Both the position numbers and the translations under genes were made by a program. From an uncultured beta proteobacterium (lineage in GTDB: Bacteria > Pseudomonadota > Gammaproteobacteria > Burkholderiales > Casimicrobiaceae): 64,000 nucleotides of DNA. Shown here piece by piece: positions 23,585 to 32,866 of the stretch. Every line of letters starts with the position of its first letter. The stretch's first letter is position 1. The DNA lies in assembly GCA_963810845.1 (NCBI GenBank), contig CAWEOX010000017.1:10386-74385 (forward strand), given 5' to 3'. The notes below the pieces were generated by a model that saw nothing but the letters and a program-made list of their open reading frames with translations, made no database searches and was not told the origin of the DNA.

Positions 23585-24698
23585 ATGTCCAATCTCGCCA
23601 CTGCGGAGCATTTGCGGCGCACCGCGTCGCAGCTCCCGGTCTCGTGGTACTGCGATCCCCGGGTGTTGGACGCCGAACAGCGGCTGCTGTTCGCGAACGC
23701 GCCGGGGTACGTCGGGCACGAGCTGATGGTCCCGAATCCCGGCGACTATTACGCCCTCGACTGGCGCGACAACGCGCAGGTGCTGGTGCGCAACGGCGAC
23801 AAGGTCGAGCTCCTTTCGAACATCTGCCGGCACCGGCAGGCGATCATGCTGAAAGGTCGCGGCAACGCGCGCAACATCGTCTGCCCGATCCACCGCTGGA
23901 CCTACGACCTTGCACGGGCAGCTGCTCGGCGCGCCGCATTTTGCCGACAAGCCGTGCCTCAACCTGCGGCAGACGCCGCTGCAGCGCTGGAACGGCCTGC
24001 TGTTCGACGGCCCGCGCGACGTCGCCCGCGACCTGGCCGACGTCGCGCTGCTCGACAGGCTCGATTTCTCCGGCCACGTGCTCGACCGCGTCGAGATCCA
24101 CGAGTGCCATTACAACTGGAAGAGCTTCATCGAGGTCTACCTCGAGGACTACCACGTCGTGCCGTTCCATCCCGGCCTCGGCCACTTCGTCACCTGCGAC
24201 GACCTCAAGTGGCAGTTCGGCGACTGGCAATCGGTGCAATCGGTCGGCATCAACAAAGGGCTCGCCAAGTCTGGCAGCAAGGCCTACGAGCGCTGGCACA
24301 AGGCGGTGCTCGAGTTCTACCGCGGCGAAATGCCGCCGTTCGGCGCGATCTGGATGATCTACTACCCGAACATCATGGTCGAGTGGTACCCGCACGTGCT
24401 CGTGGTCAGCACACTGATTCCGCGCGCCCTCGACCGCACGACCAACATCGTCGAGTTCTACTACCCCGAGGAGATCGCGCTGTTCGAACGCGAGTTCGTC
24501 GAGGCCGAGCAGGCGGCCTACATGGAAACGGCGATCGAGGACGACGACATCGCCGAGCGGATGGATGCCGGCCGCAACGCGCTCTACCGCGCCGGGCGCA
24601 GCGAGGAAGGACCCTACCAGTCGCCGATGGAGGATGGGATGCAGCATTTCCACGAATTCCTGCGGCGCCAACTCGACCCGCACATCGCGCCGCGCTAG
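23585..24698 (+). pseudogene. Rieske (2Fe-2S) ring-hydroxylating oxygenase alpha-subunit-like protein with the frame broken near 23908-23912
   Basis: ATG 23585 follows a GGAGGG RBS. The Rieske ligands CRHRQ...CPIHRW lie in the frame of ORF 23537. The remainder (GQLLGAPHFADKPCLNL...EDYHVVPFHPGL...) lies in ORF 23910..24698. Removing one base in GACCTTGCAC joins WTYDL to HGQLLGAP. Confidence 0.75.
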
Positions 24699-24736
24699 CG
24701 GGCGGGATGGCGCGGATACCGCGGAGGTCGATCGCC

Positions 24737-25582
24737 ATGTTCACCACGCTCATTTCCACCGCCGATCTCGCGGCGCGCCTTGGAGCGCCCGACCTCGTCG
24801 TCGTCGATGTCCGCCACGATCTCGGGCAACCCGACACGTGGGGCGAGGCGCAGTACCGGGCAGGCCACATTCCGGGGGCCGTGTTCGCCCACCTCGACCG
24901 CGACCTGTCGGCGCCCAAGACGGGCCGCAACGGCCGCCACCCGCTCCCGTCGCCCGAGGCCTGCGCCGCGGTGTTCGGCCGTCTCGGCATCGACGGTGGA
25001 AAGCAGGTCGTCGCCTACGACCAAGGCAACGGCGCGTACGCGTCGCACCTGTGGTGGATGCTGCGCTGGCTCGGGCACGATGCGGCGGCGGTGCTCGACG
25101 GCGGTTACGCGCGCTGGATACACGAGGGCCGGGAGGTCAATGCCGACGTTCCGCGCCCGCACGCGGTCAGGTTCACGGCGCGGCCCACGGTGACACCGGT
25201 CACTGCCGCCGAGGTCGAGGCAACGCTCGGCCGGGGATCGATGCTGCTGATCGATGCGCGCGGCGCGGAGCGCTTTCGCGGCGACGTCGAGCCGCTCGAT
25301 CCCGTCGCCGGTCACATCCCGGGCGCGGTCAACCGGCCGTTCACGCAGAACCTGGGTGCCGACGGCACCTTCAAGCCCGCGGCCACGCTGCGCGCGGAGT
25401 TCGAGGCACTGCTGCACGGCGAGCCGCCGGCCAAGGTCGTGCACCAGTGCGGCTCCGGCGTAACGGCCTGTCACAACCTGCTGGCGATGGAGATCGCGGG
25501 CCTTTCGGGCACGCGGCTCTACCCTGGCTCGTGGAGCGAGTGGTGCGCCGATCCGGCGCGGCCGGTGGCGCGAGGCGGGTGA
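24737..25582 (+). CDS. sseA: 3-mercaptopyruvate/thiosulfate sulfurtransferase (tandem rhodanese)
   Basis: ATG 24737 in the frame of ORF 23537..25582 (MFTTLISTADLAARLGAPDLVVVDVR...). Active-site loop CGSGVTAC. Confidence 0.8.
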   Translation: MFTTLISTADLAARLGAPDLVVVDVRHDLGQPDTWGEAQYRAGHIPGAVFAHLDRDLSAPKTGRNGRHPLPSPEACAAVFGRLGIDGGKQVVAYDQGNGAYASHLWWMLRWLGHDAAAVLDGGYARWIHEGREVNADVPRPHAVRFTARPTVTPVTAAEVEATLGRGSMLLIDARGAERFRGDVEPLDPVAGHIPGAVNRPFTQNLGADGTFKPAATLRAEFEALLHGEPPAKVVHQCGSGVTACHNLLAMEIAGLSGTRLYPGSWSEWCADPARPVARGG

Positions 25583-25790
25583 GTGTCGACGCGGCTCCGG
25601 CCGCGATCGCGGTCGGCGCAATCGCGCTGCGACTGCCGGTGACAAGCCTCGGTTCGCCACGTATGATGCCGCAGACGCCGACGGCAGCCCTGCGAGACGC
25701 GAATCCGGCGTCGCCGCGTCGGCGACCGCGTCGCGGCGAGGCATGCCACGCGCGTCGCTGGCGCCGATCACATTCCAGGGAGAGGACCAA

Positions 25791-26301
25791 ATGGAAACAA
25801 GAGCGTTGTAGTCCGCGGCCATCGCTGTCGTGTCGCGCTGCTCGGATGCGCGAGCCACCGCGCATGCGAGCCGGTCGACACGGGCACAAGGCACCAAGGC
25901 TCGACTGCGACGGGACGGTGCGTGCAAGGTCGAGGTCTCGGTCGATTGCCCGGCGACCCGCATGCACCATTGCGCATCGACGGCGAATTCGCCGATCATC
26001 CGTCGGAGCCAGCGAAGACTCGACATATCACCTGGGAACTGACCAACAGGCGGACTTCACCCTCCCGACACCAGCGAATTTCCAGTTCGCCGCACGACAG
26101 GCGATCGTCATCTCGGGCGACAGCAGCCGGTGTTCCGGAACTGCAAGTCGAAGGTACGGACGCATCGCAAGTTCGAGCTGCGAGGACTCACATCAGACGG
26201 AGCGCGACGGAATCTACGTTTACAAATACACGATCACGATTTTCGACAATACCGGCGCCAAAGCGGTCACGCCGCTCGACCCATGGGTCGTCAACAACTA
26301 G
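25791..26301 (+). pseudogene. Small exported/lipoprotein-like protein of unknown family (paralog 1), multiply frame-shifted
   Basis: RBS AGGGAGAGG precedes ATG 25791, but METRAL is followed by a stop. A lipobox-like VALLGCAS lies in the next frame. Readable pieces are RHITWELTN / QADFTLPTPANFQFAARQAIVISGDSS / ERDGIYVYKYTITIFDNTGAKAVTPLDPWVVNN, with the stop at 26299-26301. Confidence 0.4.
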
Positions 26302-26373
26302 ACGTGAGCTCGTGTAGATGCGTCCGACGCGCCGATCACAACAACGAACAGGGGGAAGAAATGTGCAAGTCGA

Positions 26374-26818
26374 ATGTCGATTTCCGCGGTCTCTCATTGC
26401 GGCTGCACTGGCAGGCGGCGCGCAGGCTCCGCCTCCGGGCGGCGAGCTCAACCGGCAGCCGGCCTGTGCACGAAGCCGAATCGAGCATTGCGTCACGGTC
26501 ACCGTCGGCAACGGCTGCGACGGGGCGGCGCAAGATCAGCGTCGACGTGTCGAGATTGACCGTGACGGGACCGAATCACGTGATCTTCTGGGAAATCAGA
26601 CAACACCGGCACGCAGAAGTACACGTTTCCCGACAAACGGCATCGAGTTCAAGTCGTCGGCCGGCAAGCAGGAATTCAAGTGCGGGCCGAACGGCACCAG
26701 CAAGACTGTGATCAGATGTACCGATCCCAACAAGACTAAGGCACGTTCGAATACGGGGTCAAGGTCGATGGCGCGCCGGCCGCGCCGGCCGCTCGATCCG
26801 TGGGTCATCAACCGGTAG
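26374..26818 (+). pseudogene. Small exported protein of unknown family (paralog 2), multiply frame-shifted
   Basis: Stitched by eye from ATG 26374: MSISAVS / LIAAALAGGAQAPPPGGELNRQPACA..HCVTVTVGNGCDGAA / KISVDVSRLTVTGPNHVIFWEI / SDNTGTQKYTFPD / NGIEFKSSAGKQEFKCGPNGTSKTVIRCTDPNKTK / GTFEYGVKVDGAP / PLDPWVINR. The stop is at 26816-26818. Confidence 0.45.
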
Positions 26819-26862
26819 GCTCGACGCAGATCGTGGTCGCGCGCGCCGACCCGGTCCGTGAC

Positions 26863-29515
26863 TCAGCCGTACGGCCAGCCACGTGCGCGCCTCGGCCATC
26901 GCCTGCGTCGTAGGACAGCGCGCGGCCGGCGGCATCGGCCGCGGCGAATGCGGCTGGGCCGAGCGCTTCGCGCGCCTGCGCGATCAACGGCGCCAGGAAT
27001 GCATCGTCGGCGGGATCGCGATGGAGTCCCGTCTTTCCGGTCTGCGCTTCCGCCGCGCCGAAGAAGCGCGCCGCCTGCTCCCACTCGGCGCGCGACGCGG
27101 CGAGCCCGGCGCAGACTTCCAGCACGCTCTGGCCCGCCGGCCTCCAGCCGAGCTCCACGGCGATCGCCAGCACTTCGAGCAGCATGCTCCGCGGCGCGAT
27201 CTCCCGACCCGCGACCGATCGAGACCATCGCCAGATTGAGAAGGCCGATGGCGATGATCTCGCGGTCGCGAGATTTCACGCGCGATCGCCAGCGCGTTCT
27301 CGTAGAGCGGCTCCGCGGCATCCAGTTCGCCCTGCGACCCGGTGAATCTGCGCCAGCGCATTGAGCACGGCCGCGACCTCGCGCTGTGTTCCCATGCTCG
27401 CGCTCCAGGGCAAGCGCTTCTTCCAGATGTCGCCCGCGCCGCCGCCATGTCGCCGCAGCCCGAGCGACGGCGAGCGCCGAGCGGCTGCAGCGCCGCGGCG
27501 ACCCTGGTCAGGTCGCCGAGCTCCCGGGCGATCGCGAGGCTCTCCTGCAGGTAGCCCTGCGCCTCCGCATAGCGCCCCATCCAGCAGCCGAGCTGGCCGG
27601 CGTCGAACAGCGCGCGGCAACGTGCCGCGCTGCGCGCCTGCGCGCCTGCGCGCCCGAGCGCCTCCACGGTCACCCGATGCCCCAGCCCGAGAACGCCGCG
27701 GCCGATCCAGTAGCGCCGCATCGAGGAGGCCAGCCGCAATCCCAGCTCGCCTCCCCTGGTCCGCGTCGTCGCACCAAGCATGCGCGGCCAGCAGATTCTC
27801 GCGCTCCAGATCGAGCCGCGCGAGCCATGCCGCCTGATGCGGCCCGACCAGTTCCGGTCGCGCCTCTTCCGCGAGCGCCAGGTAGAAGGCGAGATGGCGC
27901 GCGCGCGCGTCGTCGCCTTCGCCCGATTCGACCAGCCGCTCCTGCGCGTACTGCCGCACGGTGTCGAGCAGTCCGTAACGCTCGCCTTCGGCTTCCAGCG
28001 ACCACCAGCGATTTCTCGACCAGATGCGTGAGCAGGTCGAGCACCATCGGCTCGTCGATCGCGCCGCCGGCGCCGACGGCTTCCGCGGCTTCCAGCGTCC
28101 AACCGCCCGCGAACACCGCCAGCCGCCGCAGCAGCGCGCGTTCGGAATCCGAGAGCAGGTCGTAGCTCCAGTCGATCAGCGCACGCAACGTCTGCTGCCG
28201 CGGCAGCGCGGTCCGGCTGCCTCCGGTGAGCAGCCGAAAGCGATCGCTCAGCCGCTCGGCGATCTTCTCGACCGACAGCGCGCGCACGCGCGCCGCGGCG
28301 AGCTCGAGCGCCAGCGGGATGCCGTCGAGGCGATGGCAGATCTCGGCCACCGCCGGCGCGTTCTGCGGCGTGATCGCGAAATGCCGGCTGCGCCGCGACT
28401 GCCCGGTCGACGAACAGGCGCACCGCCTCGTATCGCGTCAGCGCTTCCGGCGTGACCGCCTGCCTGCGCAGTCGGGACGGCGAGCGGCGGCGACGTGATA
28501 GCGTCGTCTCGCCCGGCGTGTGCAGCGGCTCGCGGCTGGACGCGAGGATCTTGACCTGCGGCCCCGACTGCAGCAGCTCCTTGGCGAGCTCGGCGCACGC
28601 CTGCGACCAGGTGTTCGCAGTTGTCGAGGATCAGCAGGCAGCTGCCGGTCCTTGCCGTACGTCGCCAGCGCCTCGATGACCGGGCGCCCCGCTTCTTCCT
28701 TGACGCCGAGCACCGAGGCCACCGCCTGCGGCACGAGCAGCGGATCGGTGAGCGGCGCAAGCTCGACGAACCAGACGCCGTCGGGATAATCGTCCATCAC
28801 GTCGACCGCCGCCTGCAGCGACAGGCGCGTCTTGCCGAGGCCGCCGATGCCGAGCAGCGTGAGCAGCCGCGTCTTCGCCGAGCAGCGCCTTGACCTCCGC
28901 GAGCTCGCGCTCGCGGCCGATGAACGAGGTCACCTGCTGCGGCAGGTTGTTCGGCGTCGATTCCAGCGAGCGCAGCGCCGGAAAGTCCTGTCGCAGCTGC
29001 GGGTGCAGGACCTGATAGACGCGCTCGGCGCTCGCGAGATCGCGCAGCCGGACGGCGCCCAGGTCCTTCAGCGCGACGCCATCCGGCAGGCGATTGCCGA
29101 TCAGGTCGGCGACCGCCTTCGACACCAGCACCTGGCCGCCGTGCGCCACCGCCATGATGCGCGCGGTGCGATTGACGGGCGTGCCGTAGAAGTCGTTGTC
29201 GCGGCGCTCGACGACGCCGAGGTGCAGCCCGCAGCGCACCCGCAGCAGCGTCCCCGCGGTGGCTGCGGGATCCTGCAGCGCCTGCTGCAGTTGCAGCGTC
29301 GCTTTGACCGCATCGAGCGGGTCGTCGAAGACGGCGTGGATGCCATCCCCGGTCGTCTTCACGACCAGGCCGCGGTGCGCCTCGACGGCCGCTCGCGCGA
29401 TCGCGTCGTGACGCGCCAGCGCGGGCTGCATCCGCTCGGGCTCCTGCTCCCACAGCCGGGTGCTGCCCTCGATGTCGGTGAACAGAACGGTCGTGACTGC
29501 GGCTGGCTCGTGCAC
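26863..29515 (-). pseudogene. Class III adenylate/guanylate cyclase fused to a STAND (NB-ARC-like) NTPase and TPR repeats; about 14 frame breaks
   Basis: The cyclase domain is intact in ORF 28631..29515 (VLFTDIEGSTRLWE, KTTGDGIHAVF, GTPVNRTARI). The rest must be stitched from ORFs 28438..28800, 28248..28760, 26984..28423, 27670..28350, 27276..27959, 26863..27321 and 26808..27185. Recognisable pieces are LLTLLGIGGLGKTRLSLQ, LLILDNCEHLV, ICHRLDGIPLALELAAARV, WSYDLLSDSERALLRRLAVFAGGW, and the TPR-like YAEAQGYLQESLAIARELGD and LYENALAIAREIGDREIIAIGLLNLA. Confidence 0.8.
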
Positions 29516-29554
29516 GTCAGGGCGCGGTGCGTCGGTCTTCGCGAGACAGCCACT

Positions 29555-30190
29555 CTACGGCAACGGGCTAGTGCCGGCCAGCGGCCACGACGCGAGCTCG
29601 CGATAGCGTGCCCCCTCCGGCAGCGTTTCCGACGCCATCAGCGCGATCGAATCGACGTGCCAGGCGAACGGCGCCATCGCCGGGGTCGACAGGCCGCGGT
29701 GGCAACGGCGGGCGAGCGTGACGTGGGGGTTGAACCCGCGGCGCTCGGTCGGCAGGTCCGCGTGCTGCAGCGCGGCGCGCAGCGCTTCGAAAATCTGCCG
29801 CAGCCCGGCGGGGATCGCCTGCGGGCCGGCCCAGGCGACACCGGCGTCGCGAAACACGCCGAGCGCGTCGAGCGTCAGCAGGAACGGTGCCGCCGCCTCG
29901 GCCGCCGCGAGGCCGATGTTGGCAAGCTCACCGAAACGCTCCGGCGCCACATGCCCGAGAAAGGCGAGCGTCAGGTGCAGATTCTCCGCGCGCGCGGCGC
30001 GCCCGCCGGTCTCGCGCGCGACGTTCCGCGCCAATTCCGCCAGCGCATGGCGAACGCCGGAGTCGGGAACGAGCGCGTAAAAGAGCCGGGCCGAATGGCC
30101 GTGCGCATCCGGGTGCGCGTCGCTGTCGACGTCGACGTGCGCAGGCGGGGAACGGCTGGCGCATGGGGGTCGCGGCGCCGGCCAAAACAA
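29555..30190 (-). CDS. thpR: RNA 2',3'-cyclic phosphodiesterase (2H family, ThpR/LigT); start unresolved
   Basis: ORF 29555..30190. Two HxT motifs (NLHLTLAFLG and NPHVTLARR). The conserved core starts at ARLFYALVPD (about 30085). The only in-frame start codon, TTG 30190, lies inside the aceA terminator. The plausible ATGs at 30164 and 30108 are in other frames. Confidence 0.7.
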   Translation of the reverse strand: MFWPAPRPPCASRSPPAHVDVDSDAHPDAHGHSARLFYALVPDSGVRHALAELARNVARETGGRAARAENLHLTLAFLGHVAPERFGELANIGLAAAEAAAPFLLTLDALGVFRDAGVAWAGPQAIPAGLRQIFEALRAALQHADLPTERRGFNPHVTLARRCHRGLSTPAMAPFAWHVDSIALMASETLPEGARYRELASWPLAGTSPLP

Positions 30191-30221
30191 AGGGCCGCGC
30201 CCTCGTGGAGGAACGCGGCCC
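30182..30221 (-). terminator. Rho-independent terminator of aceA
   Basis: On the minus strand the sequence reads GGGCCGCG-(14 nt loop)-CGCGGCCC followed by TTTGTTTTGG, 24 nt downstream of the aceA stop. Confidence 0.55.
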
Positions 30222-30244
30222 GGCGTCCGACGGCGCGGCAGCGA

Positions 30245-31558
30245 TCAGCCGTTGATGACCTGCAGCTCCTCTTTCGGCTTGTCGAAGAACTGCTCGTCCT
30301 CGGTCGAGTGGGCCAGCGCCGTGGTCGACGTCTGGTTGCCCTGGACCGTGGTCGTGACGGCGTCGAAGTAACCGGTGCCGACCTCGCGCTGGTGCTTGAT
30401 CGCGGTGAAGCCCTTGCTCATCGCCGCGAACTCGGCTTCCTGCAACTCGACGAACGCGGTCATGTGATTGTGCGCGTAGCCGTGGGCCAGGTTGAACATC
30501 GAGTAGTTGAGGCTGTGGAAGCCGGCGAGCGTGATGAACTGGAACTTGTAACCCATCGCGCCCAGCTCTTTCTGGAACTCCGCGACCGTCGCGTCGTCGA
30601 GGTTCTTCTTCCAGTTGAACGACGGCGAACAGTTGTACGCGAGCAGCTTGCCCGGGAATTTCGCGTGGATCGCGTCGGCGAAATCCTTGGCGAACTGGAG
30701 GTCGGGCCGCCCCGTTTCGCACCAGATCAGGTCGGCGTACGGCGCGTAGGCAAGTCCGCGCGCGACCGCCTGCTCGATGCCGTTCTTCGTTTTGTAGAAG
30801 CCCTCGACCGTGCGCTCGCCGGTGCAGAACGGCTTGTCGTTGGCGTCGACGTCGGACGTGAGCAGATCGGCGGCCTCGGCGTCGGTGCGCGCGAGAATGA
30901 TCGTCGGCACGCCCATGCAATCCGCCGCGAGCCGCGCCGCGACCAGCTTGTCGATCGCCTCGCGCGTCGGCACGAGCACCTTGCCGCCCATGTGGCCGCA
31001 CTTCTTGACCGACGCCAGCTGGTCTTCGAAATGGACACCGGCGGCGCCCGCGTCGATCATCGCCTTCATCAGCTCGAAGGCGTTCAGCACGCCGCCGAAT
31101 CCGGCCTCGGCATCGGCGACGATCGGCGCGAAGAAATCCAGATCATCGCTGCCTTCCATGTGCTGGATCTGGTCGGCGCGCATGAACGTCCGGTTGATCC
31201 GGCGCACGACCTCGGGCACCGAGTTCACCGGGTACAGCGATTGATCGGGGTACATCTCGCCGGCGATGTTGGCGTCGGCGGCGACCTGCCAGCCGGACAG
31301 GTAGACGGCCTTGAGGCCCGCTTTCACCTGCTGCATCGCCTGGTTGCCGCTCATGGCGCCGAGCGAATTGACGAACGGTTGCTCGTTCATGAGCTTCCAC
31401 AGCTTTTCGGCGCCGCGGCGCGCGAGCGTGTGCTCGATGTGGACCGAGCCGCGCAGGCGGACGACATCCTCCGCCGAATACTTGCGCGCAATGCCCTTCC
31501 AACGCGGGTTTTCCGCCCAGTCCTTCTTGAGCCGTGCTGCTTCGAGATCGTAGTTCAT
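30245..31558 (-). CDS. aceA: Isocitrate lyase
   Basis: ORF 30245..31558 ([23 protein letters not shown]..., active-site region [13 protein letters not shown]). Confidence 0.9.
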   Translation of the reverse strand: MNYDLEAARLKKDWAENPRWKGIARKYSAEDVVRLRGSVHIEHTLARRGAEKLWKLMNEQPFVNSLGAMSGNQAMQQVKAGLKAVYLSGWQVAADANIAGEMYPDQSLYPVNSVPEVVRRINRTFMRADQIQHMEGSDDLDFFAPIVADAEAGFGGVLNAFELMKAMIDAGAAGVHFEDQLASVKKCGHMGGKVLVPTREAIDKLVAARLAADCMGVPTIILARTDAEAADLLTSDVDANDKPFCTGERTVEGFYKTKNGIEQAVARGLAYAPYADLIWCETGRPDLQFAKDFADAIHAKFPGKLLAYNCSPSFNWKKNLDDATVAEFQKELGAMGYKFQFITLAGFHSLNYSMFNLAHGYAHNHMTAFVELQEAEFAAMSKGFTAIKHQREVGTGYFDAVTTTVQGNQTSTTALAHSTEDEQFFDKPKEELQVING

Positions 31559-32544
31559 GTGGTACTCCCATCATGTGCGTCGTGGCCAATCCGGCGGGCG
31601 TCGTGAACTCTTTCGAGCACATCGACTGACCGGAACCTTGGTCAGCGGGCCCGCTATGCGCTTTTACCGGCGCGCGCGAGCTGCCGCGTTGCGCTGCAGG
31701 AGGCGAACCCAGTCGCCATTGCAACGCTGCACGGATCGGCGAGGATCGCTCGTCGGTCTGGCGGGCATGGATGGGGTGTAAACGCTACCCAAGCCCTGGA
31801 TCCGGTCGCCGCCGAGGTTGGCTGTCGACCGTTCGTGGTGACGCAACATTAACAAAGTTGGCGCACGAATACAAGCGGAATACTGCGCTGCAATAATAAA
31901 ATAGACTCTTGAAATCAGCGAGTTAAATCGTGTCGCTGCTGTTGGGAATTATTTGGGCGGTGGTGGTGCTGCATTGCGGCACGCGACTCGTCGGCTGACG
32001 CTGTGCCTGCCAGTGCGCGTTTGACCCCAGGAGCGCGGCGATGGACGGACCGTTCTCGCCGCTGCGCTGCCGACAACGTGCTCCGCGTCAGTCGATCGGG
32101 AGGCGATCGCCCCGCCCGCGGCACCTCCACCGCCGTGCATCCGACGCGGGTGCGGCGGCTGTCGCGATTGAGCGCGTCACCGGTGCTTACCCGTGATCTC
32201 CGTCACCCGCGTCGCGAGCGGCGAATCGACGAATACGTGACGTCCGAGCGCGCGCACGAACGATCGTGTCGTTCATCTCGTCGACGATTTCGCCCGCGGA
32301 AATCAGGCGCCGCGACGCCGAAAATCCGCGCATATGGCGAATGAGAATCGATTGCCACGACCACGCGCGTCCGCAGGCTTGACATCGTTGAAGGTCGGTG
32401 CAACTGTCGCGTGTCGGCGTGATGGGAGAGCGCGTGATTTCGCGCATCGCGCCGATAGGCAGCGGGGCGTGAGGCGACCCGCGGCCTGGACGTCACCGCG
32501 CGGCGATGTGCCCATCGCCGCGGGACCGACTACAGGAGGATTTC

Positions 32545-32862
32545 ATGCGTTCCAGTTCACTCGTCATCGCGGCCATCGCCGCGGTCGTCGGCGCCGGCAC
32601 GGCCGCGGCGCAGGCTCCGGATCCGAACGTCGCGCGCAATCTCGCGGCCACGTGCGCCAACTGTCATGGCACCAACGGCGTGAGCCAGGGCGGGGTCGAG
32701 AGCCTCGCGGGCGCGGGCAAGGACGACATGATCCGCAAGCTCAAGGAATACAAGGCCGGGACGAAACCGGGAACGATCATGCCCCAGCTCGCGAAGGGCT
32801 ATACGGACGCCCAGATCGATCTCGTCGCCGGTTGGTTCGCGGCGCAGAAGCCCGCGAAGTGA
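32545..32862 (+). CDS. fccA: Monohaem c-type cytochrome, probable sulfide dehydrogenase cytochrome subunit
   Basis: ATG 32545 follows an AGGAGGA RBS. Signal peptide ends AAAQA. Haem site CANCH. Located 4 nt upstream of the flavoprotein subunit gene. Confidence 0.7.
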   Translation: MRSSSLVIAAIAAVVGAGTAAAQAPDPNVARNLAATCANCHGTNGVSQGGVESLAGAGKDDMIRKLKEYKAGTKPGTIMPQLAKGYTDAQIDLVAGWFAAQKPAK

Positions 32863-32866
32863 GGAG

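Noticed and set aside
23537-25582. 681-aa ORF as a single fusion protein
   Set aside because: It is a chimera. It comprises the Rieske N-terminus, then about 270 codons of out-of-frame junk, then sseA, which happens to be in the same frame and has its own start at 24737.
25583-25790. Terminator hairpin after sseA (TCGCCGCG...CGCGGCGA near 25709-25737)
   Set aside because: It has an 8-bp GC stem without a U-tract, in a GC-rich background where such stems arise by chance.
32187-32496. Universal-stress-protein-like or regulator gene in the aceA-fccA spacer
   Set aside because: There are only short fragments in three frames and no diagnostic motif. It is kept as a low-interest finding, not as a feature.
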